In this document: piece by piece, positions 1 through 9,430 of the stretch | Layout of the letters: each line of letters starts with the position of its first letter | Position numbering within the stretch: position 1 is the first letter of the stretch | Source: a phage | Strand: one strand, 5' to 3' | Sequence record: PZ452583.1 | DNA: 64,000 nt | Program-made: the position numbers and the translations under genes | The notes under the pieces: model-generated | Database searches by the model: none | Seen by the model: the letters and a program-made list of their open reading frames with translations, nothing else | Told to the model about the DNA's origin: nothing

Positions 1-88
1 CTACTGTCGATTTTGACCCACGCATCAAGGCGATAAACCATGGAAGCATGTATATAATAATAGCCAACACGCCTGAAACTAAAACCAT
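1..88 (-). CDS. Hypothetical membrane protein, N-terminal fragment (gene continues past window start); possibly the imm-position gene
   Basis: Reverse complement has ATG at 88..86 and stays open to the window edge; encoded N-terminus MVLVSGVLAIIIYMLPWFIALMRGSKSTV is strongly hydrophobic. Identity not established. Confidence 0.3.
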   Translation of the reverse strand, partial: MVLVSGVLAIIIYMLPWFIALMRGSKSTV

Positions 89-125
89 AAAAATTGAACC
101 TGCTACTAAAGTTTCCGTGTTTTCC

Positions 126-506
126 TCACTTAGTCAAATTTTTTACGCATGAATTATAAGAATTCACTACATACTCCATCGGAGCATTTTTACCAGTACG
201 CCATTGGTAATTATTAGCCCAATTAGCCCAAAGCTCGGCGCAGTAGTTTTCAATTTTTTCTTCGCGTGTAATTACATCCGAATTACGATATGCTTGAGCA
301 GATTCATCTGGACGAATAGCTTCGTCAAAATTCGCCTGCATTTGTTCGACTGTTTGCTTTGGAGCTTCTTTATAACACTTGACATTAGGATTATAAAACT
401 TGCTTGAACAGTTTACAATTTTTCCTACATCAGACTGATTTACTACCGGTCCTTGAGCCACACAACCAGTAAGACCTAATGCAATAACCAAAATAGCGAT
501 TTTCAT
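126..506 (-). CDS. Putative lipoprotein (signal peptide with lipobox LTGC)
   Basis: ORF track 126 aa; N-terminus MKIAILVIALGLTGC; ATG at 506..504 preceded by AGAGGAAA Shine-Dalgarno. Confidence 0.6.
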   Translation of the reverse strand: MKIAILVIALGLTGCVAQGPVVNQSDVGKIVNCSSKFYNPNVKCYKEAPKQTVEQMQANFDEAIRPDESAQAYRNSDVITREEKIENYCAELWANWANNYQWRTGKNAPMEYVVNSYNSCVKNLTK

Positions 507-518
507 AATAATTTCCTC

Positions 519-770
519 TTAAAACTTAACAAATAACTTTAAAGCATCTTCAGTTTTAATTCCTTTTCTTACACCCATAACAGAAATTGGCTGTGACTGA
601 AATTTTCCTTTACCATTATAAATTTCTAATCCAGTAACCATTCCATTTTGTTCTATAATACCGTAAGTGTTACCTTCATTTTCAAATTCTTTAACTTTAA
701 AGAGTTTATTAGCTTTTTCTGCGTTAACAACTTTTAAATTTTGAATAAAATTAGTTTGAATATTTTTCAT
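519..770 (-). CDS. Hypothetical protein (83 aa, hydrophilic)
   Basis: ORF track 519..953 reads through an upstream promoter; supported start is the internal ATG at 770..768 (MKNIQTNF...) preceded by GGAGG. Confidence 0.55.
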   Translation of the reverse strand: MKNIQTNFIQNLKVVNAEKANKLFKVKEFENEGNTYGIIEQNGMVTGLEIYNGKGKFQSQPISVMGVRKGIKTEDALKLFVKF

Positions 771-798
771 TTTGTGTTCCTCCGTAGTTGATAGTTGT

Positions 799-828
799 AT
801 AGTACCATGGAAGAACAGTCTTGTAAAC
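799..828 (-). promoter_or_regulatory. T4 early-promoter-like element (GTTTAC -35-like, 18-nt spacer, TACTAT -10-like)
   Basis: Minus strand reads GTTTACAAGACTGTTCTTCCATGGTACTAT followed by GGAGG and the ATG at 770; one copy of a reiterated element. Confidence 0.45.
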
Positions 829-910
829 AGTTTTGTGAAAAAATTTTTAATGAATTCAAAGGGTCCAGAATCATCTATTTTTCCTAAGTATAGATTTATA
901 TTACTTGTAT

Positions 911-932
911 GAAAAAGGGACCCGGAGGTCCC
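911..932 (-). terminator. Intrinsic terminator-like hairpin downstream of gene 43
   Basis: Minus-strand GGGACCUCCGGGUCCC hairpin followed by UUUUU, immediately after the gene 43 stop (946). Confidence 0.5.
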
Positions 933-945
933 TAGATTTATTCTA

Positions 946-3642
946 TCAGCCAAACAGGAAGTCTAACGAAGCTTTTTCTTCATAGTCCATACCAGCCGAT
1001 TCACACATGCCTGCAAGCGGTTTAACAAACGATTTTTGGAACAAAGTTGAGTAGTCAATCCAAGACAGTACGTCAGAACGAATTTCTTTTGGAAGTTCTG
1101 TGCCCGACGGCCAAGCAATGCACTTGTCACCAAATGGATTTCCTTCACGCAATGGAAGAACCATTACTTTATTTCCATCCAAAATTGGAGCTACACCTAA
1201 ACCGCTAACAGCTCGACGATAAGTTAGCACCCCACGAATATGGAACGGGCATTTAAATCCTGGCCAACCTTTATCATCATATTTCGCTATATCGTTCGCA
1301 GTTTTTACTTCAGCAATAACTTTATAGTCAAGTTGACGATATTCTTTCTCGAAGTTCTTGTAATATTCTTGGACAGACTCTTCACCTTCCTGAAGAATAC
1401 GACGAATACTTTCTTCGAGAGCTTCTTGGACCGCTTTAGGCGTTGAACTCTGCTGAGTTTCCATACCCATGATTTTTAGATGCGGTTCAGCAAATCGCTT
1501 ATCTTCCATATCATAAACGTTCAGAGCATAACGCTTTTTCGCTTTCCAAAATCCACCGACGCCCTTTGAACCAAGTGGAGGGCAAGAAATAGCTTCACGG
1601 TCCATATGCATCAGATGCTCGCGGTTATTCATATAATCACATAACTCACGATATGCAACATCAATCATAGGTTCCATCTTTTTCTTACCGAACTGATTCA
1701 TAAATTCAACCAAATCGTTCTGCTCTTTGAATCGGTCAAGACCAACTTTTTCAATAACTTTATCTACACAAACATATACCGAATCAGTATCACCTGCTGC
1801 AATGAAATCTTCGCCATTAGTTCCGCATACTTTATTCAGATATTCATTAATTTTACGAGCAATCCACTGAATACCAACTTGGCCGAAAATTGTGATAGCA
1901 GTAGCATTTCGCAAATCATAGTAGCGGAAATGAATATTACCAAGAGCACCGTAAAGGCTGTTAATAAGAATTTTACGGTTCAGCTGATTTGTATTAGCAA
2001 GTGTAGCTGCTTTTTCACATTCTTCAATCAAACTATTGAGAACAGATTCAGTATAATTCGATAGTTCATTTAAGAAATCATCACTGAACTTAACATATCG
2101 TTCAACTTCAGGTTTAGTTGAACAAGACCCTGCGCCTTTCATAATAATCTTTTTAATAGCTTCGGCATTCATTTCTTCAGCGAACATTTTCTTTTTCCAG
2201 TCTTTACGCTGGAAAAATACTTTAGCGATTTCCTTTGGAATGATACCTTCTTGATGCTTATCGTACATCCATCCATTCGGAGAACAAGAATATTCATCAC
2301 TCGGTTTAGGAGCTGTTCCTGTGATATATTCATGAATTGGATGAACTTTAAACTGACCACGAATAGTCTCAGGACTAATGTTAACCTGACGAATAATGCT
2401 CGGATACAGAGACGTCAAGTCAAAACTCATAATATATCGACGAGCAATTGGTTTAGGTTCAAACACAAATGCACCCGGAAAACTCTGTTTAACATGCGAA
2501 CCTTGTTGAGGAATAACCTTATGTTCACCTTTCAATGAGTTAAAAATAATGGCATCCCAGGTTTTAATAGGACTCATTACACCAGAAAAAGGCATTTTAG
2601 CGTAATAAGACATACTTAAAACTAGATCGATAAACCCGCGAATTTTATCAATTGCTTGAACTGATTCTACGTCAATGATGTTATAACTAATGTATCGTTG
2701 ATGATTAGTCTCACGAAGTTTATTAATAGGACCGTCGTATGGTAATTTACCTTTTTTGGTTTCATGCTGAGCAACTGATTCCAAAGAGAATGACGGCAAA
2801 TTAGTAAATGCGAATTTCTTATACAAATCTAAATAATCAAGAATAGATACGCCATCAATAGAATAAATTTCTTTGCTACCGTACATATTTTGGATAAGTT
2901 TAGATTTTACTCGACCGATTGGAGAGAAGCGTTTCATACTACGTTCACCGAGAACCATTTTAACGCGATTCATGATATACGGAACGTCAAATCCCTCAAT
3001 ATTCCAACCAGTAAAAATAGCAGGTCGTTTCTGTTCCCAAAGATTAATATATTCCATGAGCATATCACGCTCATTATCGAATGGCATATAAATTACTCGG
3101 TCAAGAATTTCTTGAGGAACTTCATCACCACCTTCACAGTCAAGCTTAGCAGCTAACTTTGCATCCCATTTTGATACTGAACCGTACATTGAATTCAAAA
3201 GGTCGAAAACATAAAAACGATCATCAATTGAATCGTAATGAGTGATAGCATCAATTTCATATTCAGCTTTCATTGGGTCAGGAAATTTATCACCAGTAAC
3301 CTCAATGTCACAGTTAGCTACACGAACAAATTTTCGGTCATAAACAATTTCTGAACCGTATGTATCACTGATATAAGCGAGTTTAAAATCGTTCATACCG
3401 AGAGCTTCGAGACCGATGTCTTCCATTCGTTTCATCCAATCTCGAGCATCTTTCATTGATGGAAATTTTTGAGGAGCGCAGTTTTTACCATAGATGTCTT
3501 TGTACTTTGACTCTTCCTTACAATGCCTAAACATAGTTGGAAGATATTCTACTTCACGAGTACGTTCATTTCCATTTTCATCAATATAACGCTCAACAAT
3601 GTTATTTCCGACTGTTTCAATAGAGATATAAAATTCTTTCAT
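946..3642 (-). CDS. 43: DNA polymerase gp43 (family B, with 3'-5' exonuclease)
   Basis: ORF track 898 aa; N-terminus MKEFYISIETVGNNIVERYIDENG as in T4 gp43; exonuclease DIE motif and polymerase GDTDS motif present; T4 size (898 aa). Confidence 0.97.
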   Translation of the reverse strand: MKEFYISIETVGNNIVERYIDENGNERTREVEYLPTMFRHCKEESKYKDIYGKNCAPQKFPSMKDARDWMKRMEDIGLEALGMNDFKLAYISDTYGSEIVYDRKFVRVANCDIEVTGDKFPDPMKAEYEIDAITHYDSIDDRFYVFDLLNSMYGSVSKWDAKLAAKLDCEGGDEVPQEILDRVIYMPFDNERDMLMEYINLWEQKRPAIFTGWNIEGFDVPYIMNRVKMVLGERSMKRFSPIGRVKSKLIQNMYGSKEIYSIDGVSILDYLDLYKKFAFTNLPSFSLESVAQHETKKGKLPYDGPINKLRETNHQRYISYNIIDVESVQAIDKIRGFIDLVLSMSYYAKMPFSGVMSPIKTWDAIIFNSLKGEHKVIPQQGSHVKQSFPGAFVFEPKPIARRYIMSFDLTSLYPSIIRQVNISPETIRGQFKVHPIHEYITGTAPKPSDEYSCSPNGWMYDKHQEGIIPKEIAKVFFQRKDWKKKMFAEEMNAEAIKKIIMKGAGSCSTKPEVERYVKFSDDFLNELSNYTESVLNSLIEECEKAATLANTNQLNRKILINSLYGALGNIHFRYYDLRNATAITIFGQVGIQWIARKINEYLNKVCGTNGEDFIAAGDTDSVYVCVDKVIEKVGLDRFKEQNDLVEFMNQFGKKKMEPMIDVAYRELCDYMNNREHLMHMDREAISCPPLGSKGVGGFWKAKKRYALNVYDMEDKRFAEPHLKIMGMETQQSSTPKAVQEALEESIRRILQEGEESVQEYYKNFEKEYRQLDYKVIAEVKTANDIAKYDDKGWPGFKCPFHIRGVLTYRRAVSGLGVAPILDGNKVMVLPLREGNPFGDKCIAWPSGTELPKEIRSDVLSWIDYSTLFQKSFVKPLAGMCESAGMDYEEKASLDFLFG

Positions 3643-3680
3643 AGATATTCCTTAGTTTATAGCCCGAGTTATTAGGCTCT
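3643..3680 (-). promoter_or_regulatory. Gene 43 translational operator (RNA hairpin plus Shine-Dalgarno, autoregulation site)
   Basis: Minus strand reads AGAGCCUAAUAACUCGGGCUAUAAACUAAGGAAUAUCUAUG directly upstream of the gene 43 AUG, matching the T4 gp43 operator as recalled. Confidence 0.6.
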
Positions 3681-3722
3681 TGATATATTATACTCCAAAT
3701 AAGGGGCCGAAGCCCCTTTGCT

Positions 3723-3959
3723 TTAAATTTCTATTGTACGACGCGATATAACGGACTTGCCATCTGTATTTGTGGTTTTGATAATCGCATGAAATGCGCG
3801 TTGGCGTGGGTAAACTAATCGTTGGAATTCTTTTTGGAATTCTATTTGTTTATCTTCCGGGAGGTCAAAAACCAGTTGGGTAGAAGACAGACCATATGTT
3901 TGTTTTAGATTTTCGAATATTAGAAAAGCTTCGGTAAACTGAATCTCTGATTGTGTCAT
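3723..3959 (-). CDS. Hypothetical small protein between regA and gene 43
   Basis: ORF track 3723..4010 overlaps regA; supported start is ATG 3959..3957 (MTQSEIQF...) with AAGGT Shine-Dalgarno; followed by a C(UUCG)G hairpin at 3702..3715. Confidence 0.4.
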   Translation of the reverse strand: MTQSEIQFTEAFLIFENLKQTYGLSSTQLVFDLPEDKQIEFQKEFQRLVYPRQRAFHAIIKTTNTDGKSVISRRTIEI

Positions 3960-3969
3960 ATAATTTACC

Positions 3970-4338
3970 TTAATTACCAATCGTATATTTAGGAACGAGT
4001 TTCCATTCATGTTTTTGTTTAAAAGAAATAACTCGGAAGTTATTAGTTAAATCTTTCATAAAAGTTCTTTGACCAGGAACGATTTCAATCAATCCCCAAT
4101 CTTCTAACAACCATGCAATCGAATCACGACGAACTTCATCTTCTTCTGTCATTTCAACTTGACGACCATCCATACGAAGCATTTCTTTAAAATGAACGAT
4201 ATAGTATAGTCCTTTTTTCTGAAGAATATGACAGGACTGATACAGAACTTTATCTTTATTATTAGCAATTCCCATACGAGTCAAAGTTTCTTTTACTTTC
4301 AGAAAATCTTCAGGTTTTTTAAGAGTAATTTCAATCAT
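3970..4338 (-). CDS. regA: RegA translational repressor
   Basis: ORF track 122 aa (T4 RegA size), N-terminus MIEITLKKPEDFLKVKETL; located between genes 62 and 43 as in T4. Confidence 0.9.
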   Translation of the reverse strand: MIEITLKKPEDFLKVKETLTRMGIANNKDKVLYQSCHILQKKGLYYIVHFKEMLRMDGRQVEMTEEDEVRRDSIAWLLEDWGLIEIVPGQRTFMKDLTNNFRVISFKQKHEWKLVPKYTIGN

Positions 4339-4339
4339 T

Positions 4340-4903
4340 TTACCATTCCAATGCTAGTTTTTTGAGTTGTTTCTGTTCTTTTACGTTCTTAGTCACTTCT
4401 TTCAAAAAATCATCCGTGACTAAACCTTTTAGTTCTTTTAATACTAAAGGAAGTTTTCCATTTTTAGTAAGAATTGATTTATAGTTAATTGCATCATTTG
4501 TATTAACTTGATACCGCTTAGCAATTAACTTAATAATCAATACTTCGGTGGAATCTTCAACTAGTTTTGCCCATTTACCATATCTTTTACCACGAGGAAC
4601 TGCAGCCATTAGATAATTAAAATGAGCTTCATCACTTAAGCCTGATCCAATTAAATTCATAGCATATACAGCTGGCATGCACTCTGGAAATTGTGATAAT
4701 GCATTTTCAACCATGAATTTTGAATAATCTTTTTGAGCAATAGAGCATTTAGTTTTATTATTAATAGCTCCAATTATTTCAAAAAATTCATTTTCAGCTT
4801 TTTCTTTAAAAGTATCAGCAGCAGATTGGACAGCTGTCCAATCTTTAGAATACCAAGCAACTTGATGCTCGTTTAATTGAATATCATCTTCAAATAAGCT
4901 CAT
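4340..4903 (-). CDS. 62: Clamp loader small subunit gp62
   Basis: ORF track 187 aa (T4 gp62 size); position between 44 and regA. Confidence 0.9.
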   Translation of the reverse strand: MSLFEDDIQLNEHQVAWYSKDWTAVQSAADTFKEKAENEFFEIIGAINNKTKCSIAQKDYSKFMVENALSQFPECMPAVYAMNLIGSGLSDEAHFNYLMAAVPRGKRYGKWAKLVEDSTEVLIIKLIAKRYQVNTNDAINYKSILTKNGKLPLVLKELKGLVTDDFLKEVTKNVKEQKQLKKLALEW

Positions 4904-4904
4904 A

Positions 4905-5864
4905 TCACTTCCACTGCATTTCGCATGCTAATTGAATGAAAAGATAAGCTAGATGCAATTCAGTATTAGCTGCAATACCATGATACTGATTATTTTCGCC
5001 GACAATTTCGTACATACGAATAATACTTTGTGGAGTTACACGTGAATAGATTTCTTCGGCAAGTTTACCCACGAACCACGAATAATCGGCTGCATATTTT
5101 GGTGCTAAAGCTCTGAGTTGTTTAACATCTTTATTTTTGAGAGACTCAAGAACATCATCAATAGCACCACGATCGTTAGTAACCAGTGATAAAATACCAG
5201 CATCCAAAACACCTTTAGATGAATAACTATCGAGCTCGCCAATAGTTTTACGAAAATCAGGAAAATTCTTTTTAACCAAAGCTGCTACAACTTTCATATC
5301 AGCTATAGCAATACCTTCATGTTTACAGATTTCAGTCAATCGACGAATCATCTGCTTCATCATTTCAATTTTATCTTCATCGGTCGGTTGACCGAACGTA
5401 ATAACTCGGCAGCGTGACTGAAGTGGTTTAATAATACCATCAATATTGTTAGCAGTAATAATAATACTACAGTTTGAACTATAAGCTTCCATAAAGGAAC
5501 GAAGATGTCGCTGAGATTCTGCTAAACCTGAACGGTCAAATTCATCAATAACGATTACTTTTTGACGACCATCAAATGAAGCGGCGCTGGCAAAATTAGT
5601 CAAAGGACCACGAACGAAATCAATTTTACAATCTGAACCATTCACAAACATCATATCAGCATTTACATCATGACACAATGCTTTTGCTACAGTTGTTTTA
5701 CCTGTTCCTGGAGAAGGAGAATGAAGAATAATATGTGGAATCTTACCTTTACTTGTAATAGATTTAAAGGTTTCTTTATCAAAGGCGGGAAGAATACATT
5801 CATCGATAGTAGATGGACGATATTTCTGTTCAAGAATGTGTTCTTTTTCATTTACGGTAATCAT
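4905..5864 (-). CDS. 44: Clamp loader ATPase gp44
   Basis: Track ORF begins at a TTG; supported start is ATG 5864..5862 ([17 protein letters not shown], 319 aa) after GAGGAAA; Walker A GTGKT. Confidence 0.92.
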
Positions 5865-5915
5865 AATTTCCTCATTCAAGTTTTAGTGTAAATTATAAAG
5901 GGCCGAAGCCCTCTA

Positions 5916-6602
5916 TTAAAAATCGTGGGTAGAATCAGCTTCAAGAGCTACTACATAATTCGCATGTTCACCTTCAAATTTAGCAGCACCTTGTTTACCT
6001 TTTGCCCAGAGCAGAAGTTTATAATTTCCTGGTTGCATTTTCATATTTGCCATATTGATAATGAAATTAAATGTATTTTCACCATCATAATCACCAAGAG
6101 TCAAAGAATATTTAACACGGGTCAGAGCAGAATCTTCTACTTTATTAAAACCGTTAATTACGATTTTACCTTCTTTTACCGTGATAGCAATTGTATCAAT
6201 TTGCAGACCACGAGATACACGCAACAGTTGTTGAAGGTCTTCAGCTTTAATTTCAGTAACAACAGATGCTACCGGGAATGGAATTGGTTTATTAGGAGCA
6301 ACTACTGTACTCGGATCGGCTGCTGGCCAAAAAATTGTTGAACGGGCATCAGCAATTTTAATATTTCCATCTTCTGACTGGGAAATTTCTGCATCATCAT
6401 TAACTAGAGACAGAATACCAAGAAAACCGTTTAAATCGTAAATTGCTACATCAAAATCAATAACGTCAGAAATATTTGCTTCCGCATAAGTTGTACCATT
6501 AACTGCGCGAGTCATAATAAATTGACCGGATTTAAGCATAATACCGGAGTTAATAGTAGCGAAATTTTTAAGCAGAGCAGTAGTATCTTTAGACAGTTTC
6601 AT
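5916..6602 (-). CDS. 45: Sliding clamp gp45
   Basis: ORF track 228 aa (T4 gp45 size); T4 synteny. Confidence 0.92.
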   Translation of the reverse strand: MKLSKDTTALLKNFATINSGIMLKSGQFIMTRAVNGTTYAEANISDVIDFDVAIYDLNGFLGILSLVNDDAEISQSEDGNIKIADARSTIFWPAADPSTVVAPNKPIPFPVASVVTEIKAEDLQQLLRVSRGLQIDTIAITVKEGKIVINGFNKVEDSALTRVKYSLTLGDYDGENTFNFIINMANMKMQPGNYKLLLWAKGKQGAAKFEGEHANYVVALEADSTHDF

Positions 6603-6657
6603 GTAATTTCCTTCAATTCAAATGAGATTTAATTTTATAACTAATTTAATAAAGCAA

Positions 6658-7047
6658 TTAACGATTAAAATCAGCCGCAATTGTTTCCGCAACAATTTGA
6701 GCAGCAACAATTAGACGTTCATCTGCATTACCACAATAATCATCTTCAAGGCGTTCACCACATGAAGTCATAATAAATTTAGCACCGGCGTTTAGGGATT
6801 CTGTAGTATGTTTGCGCATTAGTTCAATCCATTTATTACTTACTTCACGATCGATAGCTTCATAATACGCATGACGAGCAGGTGCAGATTTAATTTTGTT
6901 CTGAATAACTTCCATTGCGTTATCAGAAAGAGACAAAACCCATGCGCGACGAATTTTATTTTGGTTTTGCGGATTTGAGTCAGAACGCACGTGTTTTGGC
7001 TGAATATCTTTTACATCAACAGTATAATTCACAGTAATTTTAGTCAT
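6658..7047 (-). CDS. rpbA: RNA polymerase-binding protein RpbA
   Basis: ORF track 129 aa, position immediately upstream (in transcription) of gene 45 as in T4. Confidence 0.7.
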   Translation of the reverse strand: MTKITVNYTVDVKDIQPKHVRSDSNPQNQNKIRRAWVLSLSDNAMEVIQNKIKSAPARHAYYEAIDREVSNKWIELMRKHTTESLNAGAKFIMTSCGERLEDDYCGNADERLIVAAQIVAETIAADFNR

Positions 7048-7056
7048 AATACACCT

Positions 7057-7245
7057 TTAGTCATAATAATCAGTAACAGTCCAAGCTTCATTTCTATTGG
7101 ACATTATTTTTGTATATTCTGCTTTAAATGCATTCCTAAGCATAGATTCAGTAACTATATGCTCTTCATTAGAAAAATTATTTCTCAGAATATATCGTTT
7201 TATTTCAGGAAAAGTTAATAAATGCTGTCCAGTTGAATATTCCAT
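7057..7245 (-). CDS. Hypothetical protein (T4 45.2 position)
   Basis: ORF track 62 aa; ATG 7245 preceded by GGAGGAAAA. Confidence 0.6.
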   Translation of the reverse strand: MEYSTGQHLLTFPEIKRYILRNNFSNEEHIVTESMLRNAFKAEYTKIMSNRNEAWTVTDYYD

Positions 7246-7300
7246 GTTTTTCCTCCATAGAGATTATACTCTAATAAATTAAAGCATAATCTCTTATAAA

Positions 7301-8983
7301 TTAAACCATTACAGTAAATCGACCAACTTTCTTCATTTGAAGATGCTGACCGTATGCTTGTGGGTCATGGTCTCTATGCGAAATAACAAAAACATTAGTA
7401 TTTTTTAAACTATCTAAAATAGTTGAAATAGCTTTTACACCTTCAACGTCGGTCGCTGAATCAAAAACTTCATCAAGAATTAGTGTGTTTATTTTAACAC
7501 CTGAAACTTTTTCAGCAATATCACGCCAAGTAAATAAAAGAGCAATATCAATTCGCGCTTTTTCACCTTGACTGAATGAAGCATAACTAAAATCTTCACG
7601 ACCACGGGATTTAATTGTCTCATTAAATTCTTCATCTAATGTAAACACATAATCCGCTTCCATTATTTTAAGATAATGGTTAATCTGCTTATTAAATAAT
7701 GGAATGTACTTTTTAATAATAGCACCTTTAATACCAGAATCTTTGAGCATATCAGTCAAAATTCCTCGGTGGTATTTTTCCATTACTAAATTAGTTTTTG
7801 TCTTAACAATTTTATCAAGTTCTTCTTGAAGCAGTGCTATTTCATCAGCATGGTCAATAAACTCAGAAGATGCTTTTTCTATAGCTGCTTTAACTTTTTT
7901 AGCTTTATCTACTGTCGTGATTAGAGATTGCTTTTTATTGCGAATATCATTTGCCAACGACTGCTGGGTTTTAATATTATCTCGGTATTCATCAACAAGA
8001 ACTTTTAAATTATCACGGTGTGTTGAAAGCTGTTCAAACGAATGCGTGCATTCAGAAACTTTATCTTTAATTTTAGAAACAACTTTATCACCGGAACTCA
8101 ATTGTGACAAACAGGTTGGACATAATCCACCTTCGTGATACATATTAATGACTTTATTATACGAGTCAATTTTTGATTTAATTAAAACTGCTTCTTGACC
8201 GATTTTATTAAATGCATCAGTCGGGTCTTCGTCTAAAACAATATTAACTAATCTTTCATTAGCTTCTTCTATTTCCGATTTTAGCGTTCTAGCTTCTTTT
8301 GCCAAATCATCATACATATTTTGCAGACGAGTAAGATTGTCACCCGTTAATTTTTTCTGGCGTTCAACGTTATCATTATATATTTTAATTTGTTGGATAA
8401 TACTATCTTTTTTAACATCAAGCACTTGGTTTTGTGAATTTAATTCACGTATTAGTGCTTTATTAAGCTTATCCATTTCAGCTAATGTTCCTACCTCAAG
8501 CAGGTCTTCCACAAGCTTTCTTCGTGCAGGGGTCGACAAACCCATGAAAGGGGTATACCCTGCTGTACCAAGGACAACAATCTGCTTGAAACTGGCATAT
8601 GACATTCCGATAAGCTGTTCAAATTCTGCTTGGAAATCTTTACTGCTGGCAGATTCATTAAGACGTGTACCGTTAACGGTGATTTCGAAAACGTTTGGTT
8701 TTTGTCCTCTTTTGATATAGTACTTTTTCTCATCATATTCCATCCACAGTTCAACTAAAAGTTCTTTCTTATTTGTGCTGTTTATTAATTGACCTTTCTT
8801 TACATCACGAAATGGTTTGCCAAAAAGCCCAAATGTGATGGCTTCTAACATAGTAGACTTACCACCGCCATTTCGGCCAGTAATAAGAGTTTTTTGAACC
8901 TTATCTAATTGAATGTCAATAGGATTTCCACCTACTGACATTATATTTTGATACCTAACTCGGTTTAATTTAAAATTCTTCAC
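7301..8983 (-). CDS. 46: Recombination endonuclease subunit gp46 (Rad50/SbcC-like ATPase)
   Basis: ORF track 560 aa (T4 size); Walker A GRNGGGKST; apparent GTG start overlapping the upstream stop. Confidence 0.9.
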   Translation of the reverse strand: MKNFKLNRVRYQNIMSVGGNPIDIQLDKVQKTLITGRNGGGKSTMLEAITFGLFGKPFRDVKKGQLINSTNKKELLVELWMEYDEKKYYIKRGQKPNVFEITVNGTRLNESASSKDFQAEFEQLIGMSYASFKQIVVLGTAGYTPFMGLSTPARRKLVEDLLEVGTLAEMDKLNKALIRELNSQNQVLDVKKDSIIQQIKIYNDNVERQKKLTGDNLTRLQNMYDDLAKEARTLKSEIEEANERLVNIVLDEDPTDAFNKIGQEAVLIKSKIDSYNKVINMYHEGGLCPTCLSQLSSGDKVVSKIKDKVSECTHSFEQLSTHRDNLKVLVDEYRDNIKTQQSLANDIRNKKQSLITTVDKAKKVKAAIEKASSEFIDHADEIALLQEELDKIVKTKTNLVMEKYHRGILTDMLKDSGIKGAIIKKYIPLFNKQINHYLKIMEADYVFTLDEEFNETIKSRGREDFSYASFSQGEKARIDIALLFTWRDIAEKVSGVKINTLILDEVFDSATDVEGVKAISTILDSLKNTNVFVISHRDHDPQAYGQHLQMKKVGRFTVMV

Positions 8984-9243
8984 AAAAGATTCCTTTTAAT
9001 GTATCTTTTAGACCATTCTATCATATCATCATAATCTAAAAAGTATTCATCAAATTCAGCCATGCAAACAACACCTTGTGCTGCTTTTGATGTGATATAA
9101 ATTATTCCAACATATCTAGAATCTTCTTCGGTATAATCAATATTTGCTATGAATTCATCATTAATGTCAAATGTCGAAAACTTCACAGTATGCATCCTTA
9201 ATACAAGATACAGCCATATCTTGTAATGATTTAGGTGTGTCAT
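8980..9243 (-). CDS. Hypothetical protein (T4 46.1 position)
   Basis: ORF track 87 aa; overlaps neighbour, start uncertain. Confidence 0.45.
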   Translation of the reverse strand: MTHLNHYKIWLYLVLRMHTVKFSTFDINDEFIANIDYTEEDSRYVGIIYITSKAAQGVVCMAEFDEYFLDYDDMIEWSKRYIKRNLL

Positions 9244-9430
9244 TATCTAAAATGTTGAAGTTAAAAGATACAGCCCAGTCAGTGCAGACCGTAACCTTTT
9301 TAATACAATTATCTTCAACCTCTAACGGTTCAAACCAATATTCAATAATTTCTTTATGACCAATATCATCTTTTACTTCGCATTCAAAATGCTGACTCAT
9401 CATAACATTTTTAAATTCATCAAAAGTCAT
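9167..9430 (-). CDS. Hypothetical protein (T4 46.2 position)
   Basis: ORF track 87 aa, co-directional between 47 and 46. Confidence 0.5.
   Translation of the reverse strand: MTFDEFKNVMMSQHFECEVKDDIGHKEIIEYWFEPLEVEDNCIKKVTVCTDWAVSFNFNILDNDTPKSLQDMAVSCIKDAYCEVFDI

Noticed and set aside
519-770. Calling the 83-aa ORF downstream of gene 43 the superinfection-immunity gene imm
   Set aside because: Size matches T4 Imm, but T4 Imm is described as a very hydrophobic membrane protein and this product is hydrophilic; the hydrophobic partial ORF at 1..88 is a better candidate, so the name was not assigned.
519-953. The long forms of ORFs 519..953, 25595..26182, 26587..27621, 42540..42938 and 47609..47854 as given in the ORF track
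   Set aside because: Their N-terminal extensions translate through the reiterated promoter/SD element (giving the repeated HGTIQLSTTEE-like peptide) and overlap upstream genes; the internal ATG after the GGAGG site is the supported start.
3716-3740. MotA-box middle promoter (TGCTTTA) upstream of gene 43
   Set aside because: The motif is on the plus strand with too-short spacing to a -10-like hexamer and no plus-strand gene downstream.
204-8720. Plus-strand ORFs inside the minus-strand early genes (for example 204..407, 1240..1446, 1879..2064, 2251..2538, 2873..3156, 5925..6341, 7917..8138, 8337..8720)
   Set aside because: They lie antisense within well-supported T4-homologous genes (lipoprotein, gene 43, 45, 46), lack Shine-Dalgarno contexts, and have low-complexity composition typical of antisense frames.
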